From Massalongia carnosa (Eukaryota), in assembly GCA_965645245.1 (NCBI GenBank), contig OZ287080.1, positions 186,001 to 250,000 on the forward strand: a DNA stretch of 64,000 nucleotides, in the 5' to 3' direction. Each line of letters starts with the position of its first letter. The stretch's first letter is position 1. Shown piece after piece: positions 12,481 to 26,000 of this stretch. Below the pieces are notes generated by a model that worked only from the letters and a program-made list of their open reading frames with translations, ran no database searches and was not told the DNA's origin. Position numbers and translations under genes: made by a program.

Positions 12481-13369
12481 TCGACGTGAAGGAGGGACGG
12501 CGAAAATAGAAGTGGGAGAATAAGAGGGTTGGAAAGGCGAAGATGAAGGGTAGAGGGACACGAAGAGAAATGTCGTCAGAGACGATGGGAACGGAGGGGA
12601 AGCTGAGCAGAACAGCCGATCCTGGAGGTCGGGGGGCACGATGAAATAAATACCAGGTGTCGGACAAGGACCATGAGGACCAGCTGAGTGATGATGCTTG
12701 AGGCATGACACGCTCGACGTGGTGAGGTGATGCGCAAGAGCGACCGGGGACGGGCAGGGCGGCGGGAAAAATCGAGCAATATAGAAGCTGAAACAAATAA
12801 TGTGAAGAGAGAAGCTGCAATTTATGATTTGAAAGTGGAGGACTGAGCGCCTTGAGGTCTACTTTCGCGTTAGCAAGTGCGTTCTCGACGTGCGAACTAG
12901 CTAACTTATACATATGCGTTTGAGAAGAGAGTTTTGATATGTGGCTTTTAGATGACAGACAATCTTTAATTATATTATCTTATAGTATTCCTCACAGTCA
13001 TGAAGATGAGAGATGAACCACTGCATTTCATTTCAGGCTTGTTTTCTCTGCCCACAAAAAGGTCAGTAATGTTTTGATCTCGAAAATATAGGCACACATT
13101 AACTCACTTCTCAATGACTCTTAGAGGCCATCTCTTCTATGTTTGCTAATAAATAACACACCAGACTGTAACTAAATAACAAGGGTATTTACATTGATAT
13201 ATGACCTCGGTATAATCACACATGTTAAGATGAAAGGCAGCAGAAACGAGATTAAAGAATCTAACAACCTGGCGAGAGATGGAAGTGCTTCTGAAGGAGA
13301 GAGAGTTTAAATAGACTTTGCATATACGGCGAAGAAAGCCTCTTTCTATATGCTTTCCGATCTCGTTCT

Positions 13370-13950
13370 CCAGACAAAGTCATCATCCTGCGCCCCTAAT
13401 CTCAACAGAGCAGAATACATAGTCATCGCAAATTCTTGTCCAGAACCCCTCCAGCAATAGTGAGCTGCATACTTTATACTAGTCAGTAGATGTTTCATGA
13501 CTAAAATCATTGGCAGACGTAAAGAAGACCGAACCCATAGGGATCATAATCCCATAAGCTGCCTTCACAGCGAATCAAAGTATCATGTACGCCACAGATG
13601 TCTCCGTTGAGGACGTACATGAAAACCAGGGAACCATACGGTCTTGGGCAGATTGGAGCTGAATTTCGGGTGAAACAGGCCTCCGGTGATAGAGCAGCAG
13701 TGACGCACATATCCGCTTGAGAATCTATAAAGTCCTCAGTTTGAAACAAGATCATCAATCTGGAAGACTTTGTAAACCCTAAACCTGCTAACAGCCGCGA
13801 AGGATGTCCTTTGATGTCAGAAATTGATCTATCTGATTGACGGATGAATTCTGCTTGCTCTGAGATTGAGTTGTCGAAGAGTGAGATAGCCGATGGAGGA
13901 TATTGTCTATTACAATGTATTTCAACTCTGCTTTCTCTGTAGGCCATGAT
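13370..13950 (-). pseudogene. Decayed fungal gene fragment, possibly ankyrin-associated
   Basis: GSLWDYDPYGFGLLY spliced to YAAHYCWRGSGQEFAMTMYSALLRLGAQDD resembles a degenerate ankyrin-like segment; frame breaks upstream. Confidence 0.35.
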
Positions 13951-14177
13951 CTCGCGGTGGAATCATCCTGCAACCTTCAACGAAGCGACTTTGAAACAAA
14001 GGACACTCTTTGGAACTTGACGTTTCTTCTTGATTTTAATCCTTATATTTGTTTTTATGATCCTTGACTGGCTACGAGTTATTGATGAGGGCTTAAAGTG
14101 TTTAGAATACTCGCTTAGCCCCATTAGTTCTAGCTCAGCCCTGCAGGCTGCCATGACTGCTTAGTAACCCGAAGTTG

Positions 14178-15176
14178 TAATCGTCGGCCTCGCTTAGCTG
14201 CCTCCATACGAGGTGTACCACCTCTAGTCGGGGAAAGCGGTCTGCGTAGGCAAGCGATCTGCATAGTTTCAATTTCAGTTTACCACCTATTTTGCAGCTT
14301 TTTGCGACACTTCTCGACCGCAACCTACGACCATTAGCTATTATTATTCATACCATAGATATCAACTGCACATCCTAACTGCTCATTTATCAACCGGGAA
14401 TGCATTATATTTTTTCCAATTTCACCAGTTTTATCACCTATTTACAACTCTTTGCGATGCCGTCTCATCATGATTTTCAACCTCCATTTGCTTTATTTTC
14501 AACCTCATTTGCAAATATTATTAATAAGTAGATATATATCAATTGCGCGTTCTAACGATATCCCCCTTGATAAAAGTTAAACTGCTCATCCTCATCACCC
14601 TCATCACCTTCATCATTCTCATCCTCATCACCCTCATCACCCTAATCATTCTCATTATTCTCATCAAAAGCTATGAAGTTTGTCTGCTCGCGAATAGAAT
14701 CATCTTCTATAAGTCGTAGACTATCATCACCTATAGTATCCGTGATGAATTCGATCTCATCCCTATCTTCATCTGTCTCATCTCCAGTCTGCCCTTTCTT
14801 CTTTCTTGCCGCCTCCTTCCTCGCCTCCTCCATCTTCCAAATAGAGTTTGTCTTCTTCCATTCTGCTTCGGGATCTTCAATGGGAGTCAGCTTATCAATA
14901 GGAATGATGACGCTTGCCTGTCGAGCTCCTTGACTTGCTTTTGCCGAACTCTTTCATCTTTTCGCGCAGCAACTCCCTTGATGTGTATAGCATTACGTTC
15001 CATTCGCCATATTCTCATGTAATTGTTGTGCTCCTTTCTTCTTTCCTCTCGTTCTTCTTTTTCTTGCTTTTCGGCAATGACTCGTTCTGCATCCTCCTTT
15101 GTGAGTCCTGACGCCTCCGAATAGGTAGATCTTATCTACACCACGTATGGAGGCAGCTAAGCGAGGCCGACGATTA
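14178..15176 (-). mobile_element. About 1-kb non-autonomous Fot1/pogo-type deletion derivative
   Basis: About 40-bp inverted ends TAATCGTCGGCCTCGCTTAGCTGCCTCCATACG(A/T)GGTGTA including flanking TA; interior encodes only the transposase C-terminus, homologous to 30000-30680. Confidence 0.88.
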
Positions 15177-15637
15177 TTCTCGCGCAGCGAGATGATTTTT
15201 TATTTTGAAGCAATTTAAACCGCCAAATAGAGCATCCTTCAACGAGTAAACCCGTGCCTGAATTGTCTGATTTGATGTGCTATGAAGTGTAGGATCGCCG
15301 TGCAAAACCGACGCCCTGCTTGGCCCTGGTCGTTGCGAAAGTCGACATTTGCGCTTCGCAATCGAATCACAAAGGGGTTTTGCTAGAGTTTGAAACTGGG
15401 TTTGCTGAAGAGAGCTTCTTCTGAATAGAAGAAGCATCTTACCCCGAGTAGAATTAACGTAGCGCTGATGGCGCGATACGTGATGCGGTTGCACGCCTCG
15501 TCACAAGATGTCCCACCCAGTCACAGGAACGAGAAGAAGGTACTACGGGCACATTACGAGCGATCGCTTCTTAATAGAAACGATGTTACAGGCCTCCATG
15601 ACTAGTACTCGTAGAGAGAAAGAAAGGTATCATTGAC

Positions 15638-18446
15638 CTATCTACGAAGCAGATCCTCTCCAGCGTCAATACGCTTAGAGATCTGATGTCCAGAGAACCC
15701 CAAACTGTTAACTTCCCGCGCAATATCCCACGAATCCCTCCCCTGCTCATTCGCCTTCCCCTGAAGATACCGACGGATCCGTCTTTTGACGTAGAACCGC
15801 TGCCTCATGGCAGGAGTGTACCTCCACTTAGCCCAGAAGAGGTGGTCCAACTCGTCGAGAGACGTACGCCGGACCACCTCCACCAACGTATCCACCGCGA
15901 ATTCCTCCAACACCGCCTCCGTCGAGGTCACGCCGCAGAGAATGGGCTCCGCCAGGCAGTCAGGAGGACGTTGAGGCGGCCCCTCTTGGGGGAGGGAGCC
16001 ACAGGGCGCAGAGACCGTAGACGCCTCTCGACGCTACCTCGATCCTTTCTGACGGTTCCTGTGGAGGCTGTTTGGAGGGACTGGCTGCTGGACGAGGCTT
16101 CTCGGCGAGGGCAGGCGACTGCTCTTGCGACGGCGGCACATTCCGTTGGTGAAGAGCCTGCTGCGTCGGCGTACTCGTACGTCGACGCAGCCGCTTCTCT
16201 CCTTCCTACACCTTCTGTCGTCCTCACTTCCGTCCCCGGAGACCGTGGCCTGCAACTGTGAGAGCTGCGAACCCAGGACTCGAGCTATCTCCTAGGCATT
16301 TGCCGCCGGCAGCGCACTCAAGATGGTCGTTAGCTGGCTCTGCCCGGAGAGCAACCTCTCCACAGCGTTGAGCGTGCGATCTTGCTTGATCGCAACACCG
16401 CTGACCTTATTACTGACGCCATCAACGGAGTCAGCAACAAGAGACAGCACGCCGTGGATGGCCACGTGCAAAGGTTCCTTTTTTACGGCCTCCAACTCCC
16501 GTATCTTCGCCACGAACGCAGGCCAAAGGGGATCTCTGAAGACTTGGTGTCTCCAGAGTGAAAGCTCAGGAAACTAAGGCTGTAGAAACGCCGCTTCTTG
16601 CAGGAAGACACAACGCAGCCGCAGCAACATCTCCAGAACCTCCTTCACTGCCTTATCCGCATCAGGAAAAAGACCGCCTTTGTACGCCGCCAGAGCATCA
16701 TCCACCCAAGGCCACACCTGCCGCTGCAGGGCCAGATCCGGTGAGTGTCCTCCTCTTCTCAAAAAGTAACTCCCGGGGGAGTTGCCAAAGCCGGCGGCGC
16801 GACGCATGTAGACACGCGGCAGGCGGGTGAGGTAGTTAGTGGCCCAGACGCCACGTTCCCATCCGCCTGCTCTCATGATCTTTAGTAGTTGGTATAAGGG
16901 TAATGCTAGTAAGTATAAGGGGCCATGAATCATAGAGTACTTGCCTGGTCCGCGGGGACCTCTCACATGTCGGCCAGCCGTGACGAGGACTGCCGCATGG
17001 TGTGGACCGTCTTGGAGCTGTCGACGCCGACAGCATCCAAAGCCGGCTTAATCCAACGGGCCTATGTTTTGTCGGAGATTTTCTCCTTAGATCGCGCCAG
17101 GCTCCCGGAGATGAACTTCGTGAAATATCACGAAGATCGATCTCGGAAGTCCGGCCGCTTCTCTAGAAGGAGGTCCTAGCGCAAGACGAGCCAATGGGCG
17201 AGGGCGCCGAGAGGACAGAGGACGACATCTCTGCTCCGCAAAGCACCATGATAATGCTGACGGCGCGAGTTGCCCCCGTCCGCCAGAGGAATGCTCTTCC
17301 CCTGGCCAATTCGAAGGATCAACGCAAGGCATTCGGACCCCTCGTTAGGAAGGTCGTAGGCGCAGAGGTCAGGTAGCTCAGCCCTTCGCGTTGACTTCCC
17401 CCGCAGCATCATCGAATGCATTAGAAGGAAGTCGAGGCGAGTCCGCAGAAGATGCCACTCGCCGCCCGCCACGCCCTCCTCCCCCAAAACCTTGCCCCCG
17501 GCGAGCAGCATTGCCGAAAATTGAGCGGCCTGCTCAGTCGTGCAGCCGTCGGTGAGGCCGTGGATCGCGCGATCCTCGAACGAGGCTCGCTTGAAAGCGC
17601 TTCAATCGATGCGTAAGCGCGTCATCAGGGCTTGATGACCTTCCCTCTGGGATGGGGCACCACCAAATTCTCTCCGAGATGCTGATCATCGAAGAGGACG
17701 CAGAGGGCAGAGACGTAGCCCGATTCCACGCTATCGGGCGCCAGGGGTCGGGATAAAGGATCGTCGGCTTGCTGCAAGACGAGTCAGTAAGCTACAAAAA
17801 GATGATTCTATTCCTGAATTCGAGTTCAGGGGGCGACTCACCGTCTCAACGAGCTCCTCGCCGTCGGAGAATTCCTCGAATTTTTCCACCTCCTCCACCT
17901 CCTCTCCCTCTACCGCTGGCGAGGCTTCCACCGCCTTCATCGCCTTCCCCTTCCCCCTCTTCAACGCGCGGCGCTTAGCTTGCCGTTGGCGATTCTGATC
18001 CCGTCGCCTGGCCTGCGCTGCTGCGCCTGTGAGCTTGGGACGTGGGACGAAGCGCAGGCGGAGGACGACCTCTTCGAGGAAGAGGAGCATCTTCCGCTCC
18101 CACACAAGGACGCCGTCAGGAAAATTGCGACGTCGGCACCACTTCTGTAGGATGTTAGCGTAGGCCCAAATTTGCAGGGCATACCTATCGTAGTCACCTC
18201 CCACATATGCCAGCACTTGCGGTACGTCTTAAGGGTGTTGGCCCTCCGATCCTCCTCCCGCATCCCGCGGACGCGCCTCATGGTGACGGCCATGGCGGCC
18301 TTGTTGTTGCCGTGGGTGGCATAGGCCTGAGACTCATGCTTGACGGCGTCGACATCAACGTAAGCCTCAGGAGGAGGCCAAGAAAGAGGCGCGGCCGTCT
18401 CCAGATCTGCGACAGCTGGGCCTGCAGCGGAGGGGCCCGGGTCCAT
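15638..18446 (-). mobile_element. Crypton-type tyrosine recombinase gene (Ndc10-II-like YR domain + GCR1_C-like C-terminus), intron-containing, degenerate
   Basis: LRTRLDFLLMHSMMLRGKSTRRAELPDL, IGQGK, GALRSRDVVLCPLGALAHWL, LLRLRCVFLQEAAFL, and SLDELDHLFWAKWRYTPAMRQRFYVKRRI; GC-rich block; element termini not identified. Confidence 0.8.
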
Positions 18447-18817
18447 CGTGCGGCCGCCAAAGAGGGTATCCGTGGTATGTAGAACGCTAGTTGATCAGCA
18501 AGTCGCTCGCGGCGCAAAACGGGGACAGGCAGGCTTTTTGCAGTTCGACTGAGTGGGTCGAGGAGAGAAAATCGTGGTATGGAGCTTCGTCACGGGCGTT
18601 ATTGTCCATATACAATACCTCCGTACAGCGTGACGATTTTGCAGGGTCACGCCTACATGTGGGTTTATACCCCAAAGTCACAGGCGATAAGGCCACTTTG
18701 CGAAGGACCGCCAAGCCAGCATTTTTTACGCTAAATCTCAACCTCGCGGCCCCAAAAAAAAATCGGCCTCGGATAAGCAGTTCACCTCCGTTGTAATTTC
18801 AACATTATGCCGTCAAC

Positions 18818-21800
18818 TGTTCATTTGTCGGACTAACGGCAGAGATTATGTAATAAGCGAGACAAGCTCATACAAAATTCTCTTCTTGTAAATTTAGGCT
18901 TAGAGGATTCATCATTCCACTATCAAGAGTTATTCTTCTGACGTAAATATAAATTCATCATAGAGCTCATTGTTATCATACATTCAGCTCAACATCATTT
19001 AACAGGTTACGAGCCCGGTTAGCCTATAGTGCTGCCGAGTGATTTTCTTGTGTCAGTTTCGAGGTTATACATAACGAGATGGCGGACCAACGCGACTCCA
19101 TAGACCCTAATACACCAGCAAGTATGACCAGCCCTTCCCCTCATCCCTCTTCATCTTCTGGCCCTGATGGGCAGTATTCAAAAGCGGTAAGGAAAGGGGA
19201 TATAAGGGTAGAGCCTAAGCTAGGTGTCGATACTTATTTAACCTGGGCGGAAGAGATGTGGATTCAGCTTAAATCTATGAGAGTCCTCAAGTTAGTAGAA
19301 GGAAAAACCCCTCAACCAGATACAGTAGCCCGACCAAAAGACTTTGATGAATGGGACCACGATGACACCAACGCATTGAAATGGATACGAGCCAACTGTG
19401 AGAAAAGCCAATTGACTCATCTTCGAAACAAAACAACATCCAAAGCCGCCTGGGACGCTCTAAAGAAGGTCCATGGAGTCCACGCCAGAGGAAGAATCAA
19501 CTATTTATTGAAGCGATTCTATACCTACAAGGCTGGATCCAGCGACTTTATCGATGATATAGCAGGGGCCCTTGCAACGTTACGAGTCCAGATTGCGGAC
19601 ATAAAATCGGAGTTAGAGCCTCACGATGCGTTGATGGCCATAGCCCTGATGAGTGCCGTGGAGGACCCTGCATTTGATACAACAAAGCTTTTATTGGAAC
19701 GGGAACCCGAGCTTACCTTGGAAGCGACTAAGGAGGCCTTGAAAGCGACGGAGCAGCGACTAAAATTCGAAAAGGATGACTCTGTCGAGGATGCCCATCG
19801 AGCGGATGCAAAAAAGGGTAAAGGGCCACCAAAGAAGTGCGACCATTGCGGGAAACTTGGACATATCCGAATCTATTGCTGGAGCTGGCTCGATGACACC
19901 GACGAAGGCCAGGAATGGGAACGCACCCATCCCGAGCAACGGAGGAAACCGAAGTCCAAATCCGAAACATCAAAACCTGAACCCAACTTGAAATCACGGA
20001 GTACCACTAGGCCTACCTCCACGAGCAATACCAGTTCTTCCAACTTCTGTGGCCGAAGCAAAGGCACTGCCCGGCCGGCCAATGAAGAGGACTTTGACGA
20101 TGGTGCCAGCGAGGATGAGGGGTGGATGGCCGTGGATATAAAAGAGGAGGTTATTGATGAGAAAGTTGAAAAATTAGAAGAAATTTTTGAAGTTCGTGAA
20201 GGTGCGGAGGATAAAACTAGTGGCTGGATGCTAGACTCTGGTGCTTCACGTCATATGACCTATATGCGAAATATCTTCACGAAATTCGAATACCACCGCA
20301 CCCCAATTCGAATTGCTAATGGCCAGAGGCTTTGGAGCAAGGGTAAGGGTGATATTTCTGTGGATATCGATGGTGTTGCCATTCGCATGACCGACGTTTT
20401 ATACGTACCCCAACTGGATGCAAACCTACTGTCTATTTCGGCATTAAACAAAAAGGGGTTAAATGTCTTGTTTCATGGAAAAGGTGTGGAGATCCTGCGG
20501 AAGGGTACCTCAGTGGCCAGCGGTTTTCTTAGAGGACGTCCGTATTTCTTGCGGACTTCTCAGGTTGCCTTACAGGCATTCGCGGAAATCAGCGAAAATA
20601 TCGAGGAAGCCAACCCCGAAGATCCTAAATCATCGAACAAGCCTACAATAACAGCAAGAGATTGCACGCGAGGAAAATCGGTATCACCTGTTAGTCAAGA
20701 AAGGCCAGAAGAGCGTGAATACAGGCTGTGGCACGCCCGAATGGGTCACCCCAGCCCAAAACGACTCCAGGATTTACACCGCTATGCGTCTGGAATAACT
20801 TCTTATTCACCAACTGTTACACAACTCTCATGTTCTATCTGCAACTTTACCAAGTTAACTCGAGTGGTCAGTTGTGAGCTGTTTTCGAAAACAGTCCGGC
20901 CATTGGCTAGGATTCACACGGATATCTGGGCCCCTATCGTACGGCTAGCCTCGGAGGCCATTCGTACTCTATTTCATTGATTGATGATTTTACACGGAAG
21001 TCCTGGCTAATTCTCCTTAAAAACCGACGGACCATTTATGGAGCTATCAAGAATGGATCGATGTCGTTGAAAGAGAAAAGAATCAGCAGGTAATCAAATT
21101 CCGATGCGACAATGCTAAGGAGTACAAATTCATGGAACTTATTCGACCCGATGGCATTCGCGCTGAACCCACTACACCGTATACTCCAGAACAGAATGGA
21201 GTTGCGGAACGATATAACCGAATAATCGTTCAAATGATTAGGTCCATGCTCGTATGGGCGAAATTGCCTCATTCCTTCTGGGGAGAAGCAGCAATGACTG
21301 CTAACTATCTCAGAAACCTCCTTCCTACCGCCAAAGTAGACCGGTCACCCGAAGAAAAATGGGCGGAGCAAAAACCGGACATCTGCCATCTACGCACCTT
21401 TGGCTGCTTGTTCACGTTCATATCCCGAAGGAAAATCGATCCAAGCTGGATAAAGTATCCTGGCAAGGAATTTTCGTCGGATATCACTCTTCAAACCAAT
21501 ATCGCATTTATAATCCAAAAACGAGCGAGGTAGAATGGCATACTTCAATTAAGTTCCTAGAAAATACACCCGGCCATCAAATGCATTGACTGGCGTAAAT
21601 GGCTAATAGCAATAGACGAGGAGCTTTGTGCCCTCATAGCTAATGGCACATGGGAGTATTGTAAGCGGCCGCATGGCAGAAATATCGTGACGTCCAAGTG
21701 GGTATTCAAGATAAATATACAACAATTTCATAGACCGCTACAAGGCCCGCCTAGTTGCAAGAGGACATACACAAATATTCGGCCTAGATTACGAGGAGAC

Positions 21801-22972
21801 CTTTCCACCCACACTCCGTCAGGAATCTTTGCGGATGCTCTTGTCGTTCGCAGCATATTTCGGGTTTGAAATCGAGCAAATGGATGTTCCGAATGCCTAT
21901 CTTAAAGCGGATTTAGAAGAAGAAATTTACATGCCCGAAGGCCTCACGCCACCACCAGGCTATGAAGACTGCGTATTATGACTACGGAAGGGCCTTTACG
22001 GATTGAAGCAATCCGGACGAGAGTGGAACAAACGAATATCTAAATTCCTGCGTTCTATTGGCTATAAGACCCTCACAGGCGATAATTGCGTCTTTGTCGA
22101 CCAAACCTCGCACATAATCATCGCGTTGTACGTAGATGATTTACTAATTTTCTCAAAAAGCAAGAAGCAACGATCAGTGGTTACGTCAACCATGGAGGTA
22201 GAATATTCATCCATGTGCCAAGCAGGCAAGGATATCGTATGGGTGACAAGGTGGATGAATGAATTGGGATTTGGCAAGCATATGAACTTCCCGATCAAGC
22301 TGAACGGTGATAATCAGGGAACCCTCGACTTGATCAGAAACCCCGAGCATCATAGCCGATCAAAACACATCGACATCCAATTCCACTACCTTCGCGAAGT
22401 CATCAACGATGGCTATGCTTCAACCGGTCACGTATCCACAAATGAGATGATAGCTGATGTATTCACCAAGCCCTTGGGAGCAACCATGTTCAAAGAACTA
22501 CGAGCCAAGCTTGGTGTGCAAGAAGTGGAATAAGAAAAGGGGAACACAGGCTCGGTGGGAGCTAATGGACCAAATCGGATTGCACACAACAGGTCCAAAC
22601 CAAATTCAAATTGCATACGGAAGAGGTGAATTGACATAGATTGATAAACGGTTTAGGAGTTAGGGATACAGGTATATTTTCTGTTAAGATTTCTCAGCTG
22701 ACTTTGCAGTGGGAGTGTTGCGAATGCCAAGCCAGCTGGATCATATCTGATGCAATATGCGAATGCCTTCGCGTATTTTACTGATATGGGAATAGTTACA
22801 TCTGAGAATTTCTGGAATCTTCGATGCTTAGAAATTCAGATCTATAGACGTTCGAGGAGAATCTCGAATGTTCTGTGATCAACATGTATATAACATCACT
22901 CCTACGCATAGCCTAGAGATCAGTCGCAATAATCTGAATTATTTCATCCATGCTCAGGCCATCAATAAAACA
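18818..22972 (+). mobile_element. Ty1/Copia LTR retrotransposon remnant, internally deleted
   Basis: TGTT...AACA LTR-like segment 18818-19004 followed by PBS-like GGTTACGAGCCC; gag-PR-IN-RT-RH order; PPT-like AGTGGGAG followed by a TGTT...AACA segment 22716-22972. Confidence 0.9.
19079..22533 (+). pseudogene. Copia gag-pol polyprotein, frameshifted and deleted
   Basis: CDHCGKLGHIRIYC knuckle, WMLDSGASRHM protease, LWHARMGHP, TPEQNGVAERYNR integrase, LYVDDLLI RT, SKHIDIQFHYLRE RNase H. Confidence 0.93.
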
Positions 22973-23047
22973 CGTTCATAGTACTCTTCCCATCCACCCA
23001 TACACTCACAAAAGCTACGTTTCGAGAGATGGTTATGGGTTTAATGC

Positions 23048-26000
23048 GAGAAGACTCGGGACAGTCCCCCACCGCTCCCCCAGCGAAAATCATTGCAAAT
23101 TAGGACTAGCTACAAGCCACCTCCCCATACTAAATAGTTATGTGCACGTCCACCGTCTCTCCGCAAGTTTTCTCTAGCTGATTTAGCTTAGCCCCGCATT
23201 CTGAAAAATCCTCATCTATTCATACTACAACTAATACTACTACTCCGACCACTCATTGCGATGATCTCAATTCCGAAAATGCATCACTCATTTGCGAAAC
23301 ATCATCCTTTCTAGGCTTCATAGTCTTAGCAACCTTTTTGGCAGCTGCGTTTTTCCTCTCCTCAGCCCTTGCTTGTTTGGCCGCTTGGTCGGCCCTCTGC
23401 TGAGACTCCAACACCAATTGAGCCTTCGATTTTTTGGCTACCACACCCTGTGACCCTCATGTTGTTGTTGCAGACGATGTGGATTGTAGCTGGCTAGCGC
23501 GGATGTTATTTTGACTGAGGCTATAAAGGGGAGGAGCTTTTGGATAGGGAACTGTTTGGGAAGAAGCCTTTTGACCATGTTTCGCCAGCACTTCATCAAT
23601 ACCTTCAAATGAATCGGAAGAAGATGCCGGGGATGGAGGGATAAAATCATCGTTCTCATTCAGAGGGAGTGGAGGATCGGGGGTAGGCTGAGTTGCTATA
23701 TATTGCAGGTCATCGTCGTCAGATACGATGATAGCATCTCCAGAATCTATACCGAATATTAGCCGCGCTACATCGATCGATTTGCTGATATCGTGGGTTT
23801 TTTTATCATCAATCATACCCTTGTCTTCACCGCCTGCCCGTAATTAATCCTCATGCCTTCCTCTCCTCCCTTCTTCTTCAATCGAGTCCTTACGTTTAGC
23901 ACGTCGCTGCTTAGCTAACATTCTCTATTGATTTATGAAAATCAATAGATTGATGTGCGGCCGCATGCAGCAAATCAACATTCCCGCGACGAAATCTATC
24001 CCCAGTATTATTGTCAACTGCATTCTCGATCTCCTCTTCCGGCTCAGATTCTTGTCTTTGTTGAGCATTCCCCCCCTCATCCGCCTCCTCATCCTGCTCT
24101 TCTGTGGTCTTCCTGTGAGCTGCTCTCCGAAACATCTCAGCGAAACTTATGGTGGGGTCGAAAACCATTCTCCACGAGACCACAAAAGGCGGGCCATCGA
24201 AAAACCAACGGGGATGAGTGAGGGAGATAGGTATGAGGATAAGATCAATGACGCAATGATCCAACCAGCATCTGCATGGGAGACCGTATCGTGAAGGCAA
24301 ATCACAATCATACATACAATCCTCACCGGTTGGTTCGATTAATGCAGTCCCTTCAACTCCAAAAGAAACCTGTTGATTGAAATCTTCGGCTAAAAGTTTA
24401 GCTGCATCTAGCTCTCTAGATATGAGGTTAATAGCATGATGAGTTATTAAAACTATAAGGTCTTTGAACACACTTCTATCCATTAGCCGGGGGTTGTTGA
24501 TTCGTTGATGATTGGTTGATATTTCGTAGTCAACCTGAACCCTTTGCACTGTTTCGCATATTTTCCGCACCGAGTCCTTAATAGGTGTATGCCTATTTGT
24601 CACATTCTTTACCAACGGATGCAAATCTTCCACCCTTTGTGTGCTATGTGCACCTAAATTAGGGAACTTTTTGGTGTATGCGGAAACAAACTGACACTCC
24701 TAACGTTGATAATAGGTGGTAAAATACTCCTGGAAATAGGAGTGAGTTAGCCCTTATTAACGTTTTTTGATAGCTTCATACCTTTTCTGAAGCATGAAGC
24801 TTCAACATCAACGCGTTTCTTTTCTCATCCAGCTGTTCAACGGTAGGAGTTTTGATCCACTCCCATATCAATTCATGCAGCTCTTTCCGTACTTCTAAAG
24901 GATATGAACCCGCCCTGATCAGGCGTTTCTTGATTGCCTCCGCTGCGTGCCACGTGCATAATTGCAACACACAATCAGGGTCGGTTTCGTGTATTGATTG
25001 GGCGACTTGCCATGCAACGGTCATTGCTGCATCCGGGTTTATTTCCTTAGCCCGTTTTTTATTCATCGCTGCACTCAATCCAGCGGCGAAGTCTCCGAGG
25101 ATGACCCTAGGACCAGGCACGCGCGTGACAGAAACAGGCGGACACCAAAATAAGCGAATAGCATCAAATTTGAACTTGCTACCATCTACAAAACAGTTAC
25201 CATCCAGTCATCTTGCCATTCATGTCTAAAACGTCATCTATTCTTTTAGGCATTGATTCGATCCATTCATTGATCGTTTCCTGAGAAAGACTGACCCAAC
25301 CTGCCTCAATTGCAGCTATTGTGGTGTCATCATCCCAATGAGGTTGACGACCTACCCGTTGTTTGGGCACCTGCCAGCAATTTTCGATAGGAGAAAGATC
25401 ATGAAAACGAGGGCAGTTGAAGTAGTATTTTAGCCCATGCTCGTCCTTCCATCTTCGTACAATATTGTCCTTCCCCGATCCATGTCCTGAATCGCCATCT
25501 TCTTCCAACACGAAATTCGGGTCTGTTTCGAGCCATGTTTTTACTACCAGTTCCAGAATGAAGTCAATATACACCTTCTGACTCATCTTTCCATTCGAAT
25601 TGCTGGGAACCTCATAAAAAATCAGCTCTGATTTGAAGTTCCACCCAACAGCAGCCCAACAATGATATCGTTTCTGTTTTTTGTCCTTCTCTTCAGGCTC
25701 ATGCTGTTCCTGAATGGAATCCTGACACGTACGCTCGCCAGGTATTCGAATGATGCGTAGTCTTCGTTGAGGTCCTCGTCCGAAATGAACTTCATCGGAA
25801 AAGCGAACTCTTATCCAATCATTCAACGAGTATGTGTTTCGTTTGTTCCAAGCCCAGTCCTTTTGTGCAATCATCAAATCTTTCGGGACGTAGGTTTTTG
25901 TGCATGCGAGACATTTACAATAATTTCGTTCATGCATCGCTCGTTGTATAGTACGCCAGGAGACGGAGGAAGTCTCAGCAGCTGCACCCAGTTGATTCCA

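Noticed and set aside
12480..14170. Exact Starship 5' boundary or TTAC-like direct repeat
   Set aside because: Several short candidates, none distinguishable without the other end or an empty site
15686..18796. Many plus-strand ORFs over the Crypton region
   Set aside because: Antisense shadows in GC-rich sequence with no recognisable motifs
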